Virus record (IMG/VR): IMGVR_UViG_3300012361_000002
DNA: 64,000 nt
Direction: 5' to 3' (one strand)
Source: an uncultured virus (IMG/VR IMGVR_UViG_3300012361_000002)
Taxonomy: Duplodnaviria; Heunggongvirae; Uroviricota; Caudoviricetes
The position numbers and the translations under genes are program-made. The notes beneath the pieces are model-generated. The model was not told the DNA's origin and ran no database searches. It saw only the letters and a list, made by a program, of their open reading frames with translations. Of this stretch, positions 62,896-64,000 are shown piece by piece (position 1 is the stretch's first letter; each line of letters begins with the position of its first letter).

Positions 62896-64000
62896 CTACT
62901 CCGCTGCTTGCAGATGCCTCACGGCATTCTGCTTCGATTTCGCGAACGCAATATTGCGCGAACGAATCCACTGCGCAACCTCGAACGAGACCTCCGTCGG
63001 GACTTTCTGCATGTAGTTCGGCCATACACCGAACTTCTCACGAAACATGTGCGCCGCGCGGCCGTCCTGGCTGCCTTTCTCGCGGCAGTATTGTAGCAGC
63101 TGCGAGTAGAACAGTTGCTTTTCTGCTGGCGTATATTGCCGGCTCAGCGCCTGCCCCGTCTTCTGCATCGCGCCAGGGACGTACTCGACCAGCACGCCAT
63201 TGCGCTCGACCACGCCTGACGCCAGCGGGAGCATGTGGCCGCACTCGGTGCATGTCCGATTGAGCCGCGGGACGATCGCCTGGCACTCGGTGCACGCCCG
63301 CGGCAGCGGCTTCTTGCGCTTGGCGTCCTTCGCCTTGCCGTTCGGTTTGCCGTCGTCCAACCGATCATAATGAATATCGGTTACCAAACCGAGTTCCATC
63401 GTTGAGTTACTGTGATCCAGAATTATTGCGCAATCCTTGTTCGTCGCTGTGCGAAGACATCTGCCAATAATTTGGGTATATAGGATGGGACTCTTCGTCG
63501 GCCGCCCAAGAACCAAACACCTCACGTCCCAATCTACCCCACAAGTGAGAGTCCCGATATTTACAACCACGTCGATCTGGCCGTTGTGGAACCCGCGCTT
63601 GATCTCCTGGCGTTCCGCCGACGGCGTCTCGCCATCTTGGTACGCCGACGACACGCCCGCTTCCTGGAACCGGTAGTGGACCGTCTCGGCGTGCTTCCTA
63701 TCGACGCAGAACACGAGTGTGTTCGGCTTCCCCCACATGCGCTTCCATGTGTCGATGATGTCCGCCGTCAGCGTCCCGCCGCACATGGCGTCCGAGAGTT
63801 GATCCTTGACGTACTCGCCGGCGACGACCTTCACCTCGGACAAGTCCGGCTGCCCGGTGCAAAATACCTTGAACTTCGACAGGAGACCCTTGTCGATGAG
63901 TTCCTGCGTCGTCGCGATGATAAGCAAGGACTGGAAATACTTCCCTAGCCCCTTGGACCACGGCGTCGCCGACAGACCAATGAACGGGACGTTCTGCCAC
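62896..64000 (-). CDS. SF2 (DEAD/DEAH, YejH-like) helicase, C-terminal part
   Basis: GLSATP near the edge; TLVFC; NIGTLTCGVD; RPTKS..LYTQIIGRCLR; C-terminal CxxC-CxxC. Confidence 0.9.
   Translation of the reverse strand, partial: WQNVPFIGLSATPWSKGLGKYFQSLLIIATTQELIDKGLLSKFKVFCTGQPDLSEVKVVAGEYVKDQLSDAMCGGTLTADIIDTWKRMWGKPNTLVFCVDRKHAETVHYRFQEAGVSSAYQDGETPSAERQEIKRGFHNGQIDVVVNIGTLTCGVDWDVRCLVLGRPTKSPILYTQIIGRCLRTATNKDCAIILDHSNSTMELGLVTDIHYDRLDDGKPNGKAKDAKRKKPLPRACTECQAIVPRLNRTCTECGHMLPLASGVVERNGVLVEYVPGAMQKTGQALSRQYTPAEKQLFYSQLLQYCREKGSQDGRAAHMFREKFGVWPNYMQKVPTEVSFEVAQWIRSRNIAFAKSKQNAVRHLQAAE

Overview
This window is a 64-kb segment of a GC-rich tailed phage or prophage, probably infecting an alphaproteobacterium (inferred from gene content and promoter style). 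No host housekeeping genes are visible and almost everything is on the minus strand. Reading right to left: (1) a DEAD-box helicase, a truncated radical SAM gene and an HNH gene. (2) A 7.3-kb early island (53.5-60.9 kb) bounded by two near-identical inward-facing sigma70 promoters, containing a repeat-linked mini-gene array and a DUF932 gene. (3) A GNAT, a holin and a dispersed nonulosonic (legionaminic/sialic-type) acid pathway: neuB, neuA, legC, neuC and a methyltransferase. (4) The head module: TerS, TerL, portal, an intein-split B12 radical SAM enzyme, MuF, a di-heme cytochrome, tRNA-like and other structured RNAs, a 995-aa multidomain prohead protease, two free-standing homing endonucleases, scaffold, cement and major capsid protein. 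(5) Glycosyl- and methyltransferases (Maf/GT29-like, FkbM, MTase-TPR-GT resembling FlmG) interleaved with Ser-Thr-rich virion proteins. (6) A fibre/adhesin module, neck proteins and the tail tube. The best candidate new system is a phage-encoded nonulosonate synthesis plus protein O-glycosylation machinery that may sugar-coat the virion. Other notable signals are a shared C-terminal docking peptide on three adhesins next to a ~21-repeat Pro/Trp scaffold, and AUA/AUU start codons on the capsid and head-tail connector genes. All functional calls come from motif recognition by eye; no searches were run.
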